Of a stretch of DNA of 55,234 bases, positions 54,638-55,234 are shown one piece after another (the stretch's first letter is position 1; each line of letters opens with the position of its first letter). The stretch covers positions 1 through 55,234 of IMG/VR virus record IMGVR_UViG_3300027895_000007; one strand, 5' to 3'. Source of the stretch: a virus (Duplodnaviria > Caudoviricetes). The position numbers and the translations under genes were made by a program. Below the pieces are notes generated by a model. That model made no database searches, had not been told where the DNA came from, and saw nothing but the letters and a program-made list of their open reading frames with translations.

Positions 54638-55234
54638 ATGCCAGAAATCACCTTGGACCACATCCGCCAAGCAGCAGAGTGGGCCGCTAAATCGCGGGAC
54701 GAAGCGACACCGATCGACGGGCTGACTCGCCGCTACGATCAGTCAGATTGGGACTGCGGCACCGCATGCTGCATGTGGGGCGCGGCGTCGATCCTGGCCG
54801 GTTGTGGGCCTGCGAAGTCGGGACCGCCGGAAGAATGGTCTGGCGCTGATCTGCTACACACGCTGGTTGCGGGCGTGCTGCGATCGGGCAATGGGACGCC
54901 GTCGCAGATACAGCAGCTTCTTAGCGACGCCAACTTGAGCGACGCCGACTTGAGCGGGGCCAACTTGAGCGGGGCCAACTTGAGCGGGGCCAACTTGAGC
55001 GACGCCAACTTGAGCGACGCCAACTTGAGCGACGCCAACTTGAGCGGGGCCAACTTGAGCGGGGCCAACTTGAGCGGGGCCAACTTGAGCGGGGCCAACT
55101 TGAGCGGGGCCAACTTGAGCGACGCCGACTTGAGCGACGCCAACTTGAGCGACGCCAACTTGAGCGGGGCCAACTTGAGCGGGGCCAACTTGAGCGACGC
55201 CAACTTGAGCGACGCCAACTTGAGCGGGGCCACT
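54638..55234 (+). CDS. Pentapeptide-repeat protein, 3'-truncated
   Basis: AAGGAG RBS; [11 protein letters not shown]...[11 protein letters not shown] then A(N/D)LS(G/D) repeats running off the window end. Confidence 0.9.
   Translation, partial: MPEITLDHIRQAAEWAAKSRDEATPIDGLTRRYDQSDWDCGTACCMWGAASILAGCGPAKSGPPEEWSGADLLHTLVAGVLRSGNGTPSQIQQLLSDANLSDADLSGANLSGANLSGANLSDANLSDANLSDANLSGANLSGANLSGANLSGANLSGANLSDADLSDANLSDANLSGANLSGANLSDANLSDANLSGAT
54920..55234. repeat. 15-bp tandem repeat GCC(A/G)ACTTGAGCG(GG/AC)
   Basis: Directly visible. Confidence 0.95.

Noticed and set aside
54739-55233. Minus-strand [10 protein letters not shown] repeat ORF
   Set aside because: Antisense shadow of the + strand pentapeptide gene, which has a strong RBS.
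54920-55234. CRISPR array
   Set aside because: Contiguous 15-bp coding repeats with no unique spacers; no cas genes seen.

Overview
The window is a near-complete, GC-rich tailed phage or prophage genome with almost all genes on the + strand. Both ends fall inside low-complexity coding repeats: a GCT/GAT Ala/Asp-rich gene on the left and a pentapeptide-repeat gene on the right. Gene order is: early small ORFs and a Gp157-like gene; replication (HTH initiator with internal iterons, PD-(D/E)XK-like nuclease, Prim-Pol/PriCT/DnaB fusion); a split DNA methyltransferase; a 2OG-Fe(II) oxygenase plus three virion or adhesin-like genes; TerS and a TerL split into ATPase and nuclease genes; a Mu-like head module (portal, MuF, protease/scaffold, decoration, gpT-like capsid); neck and tail genes with a -1 frameshifting chaperone, short tape measure and large fibre; holin-like genes; tRNA-Pro and several tRNA-like RNAs; an accessory region (DHH phosphoesterase, secreted papain-like peptidase, HNH endonuclease); and an XRE switch region. 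No integrase, reverse transcriptase, CRISPR array or classical endolysin was recognised. A Planctomycete-like host is suspected, by inference only. The most interesting system is in the head module: MuF carries a C-terminal PD-(D/E)XK-like toxin domain and is followed by an immunity-like domain fused to further cargo domains. These modules are delimited by repeated F-x-E motifs and GHEH..GQFT.K motifs, suggesting a protease-processed, capsid-loaded effector polyprotein. A second protease paralog apparently lacking the catalytic His sits just upstream. Several unexplained structured RNAs are also present, including one internal-loop motif found twice, 22 kb apart. All family calls come from motif recognition by eye; no searches were run.
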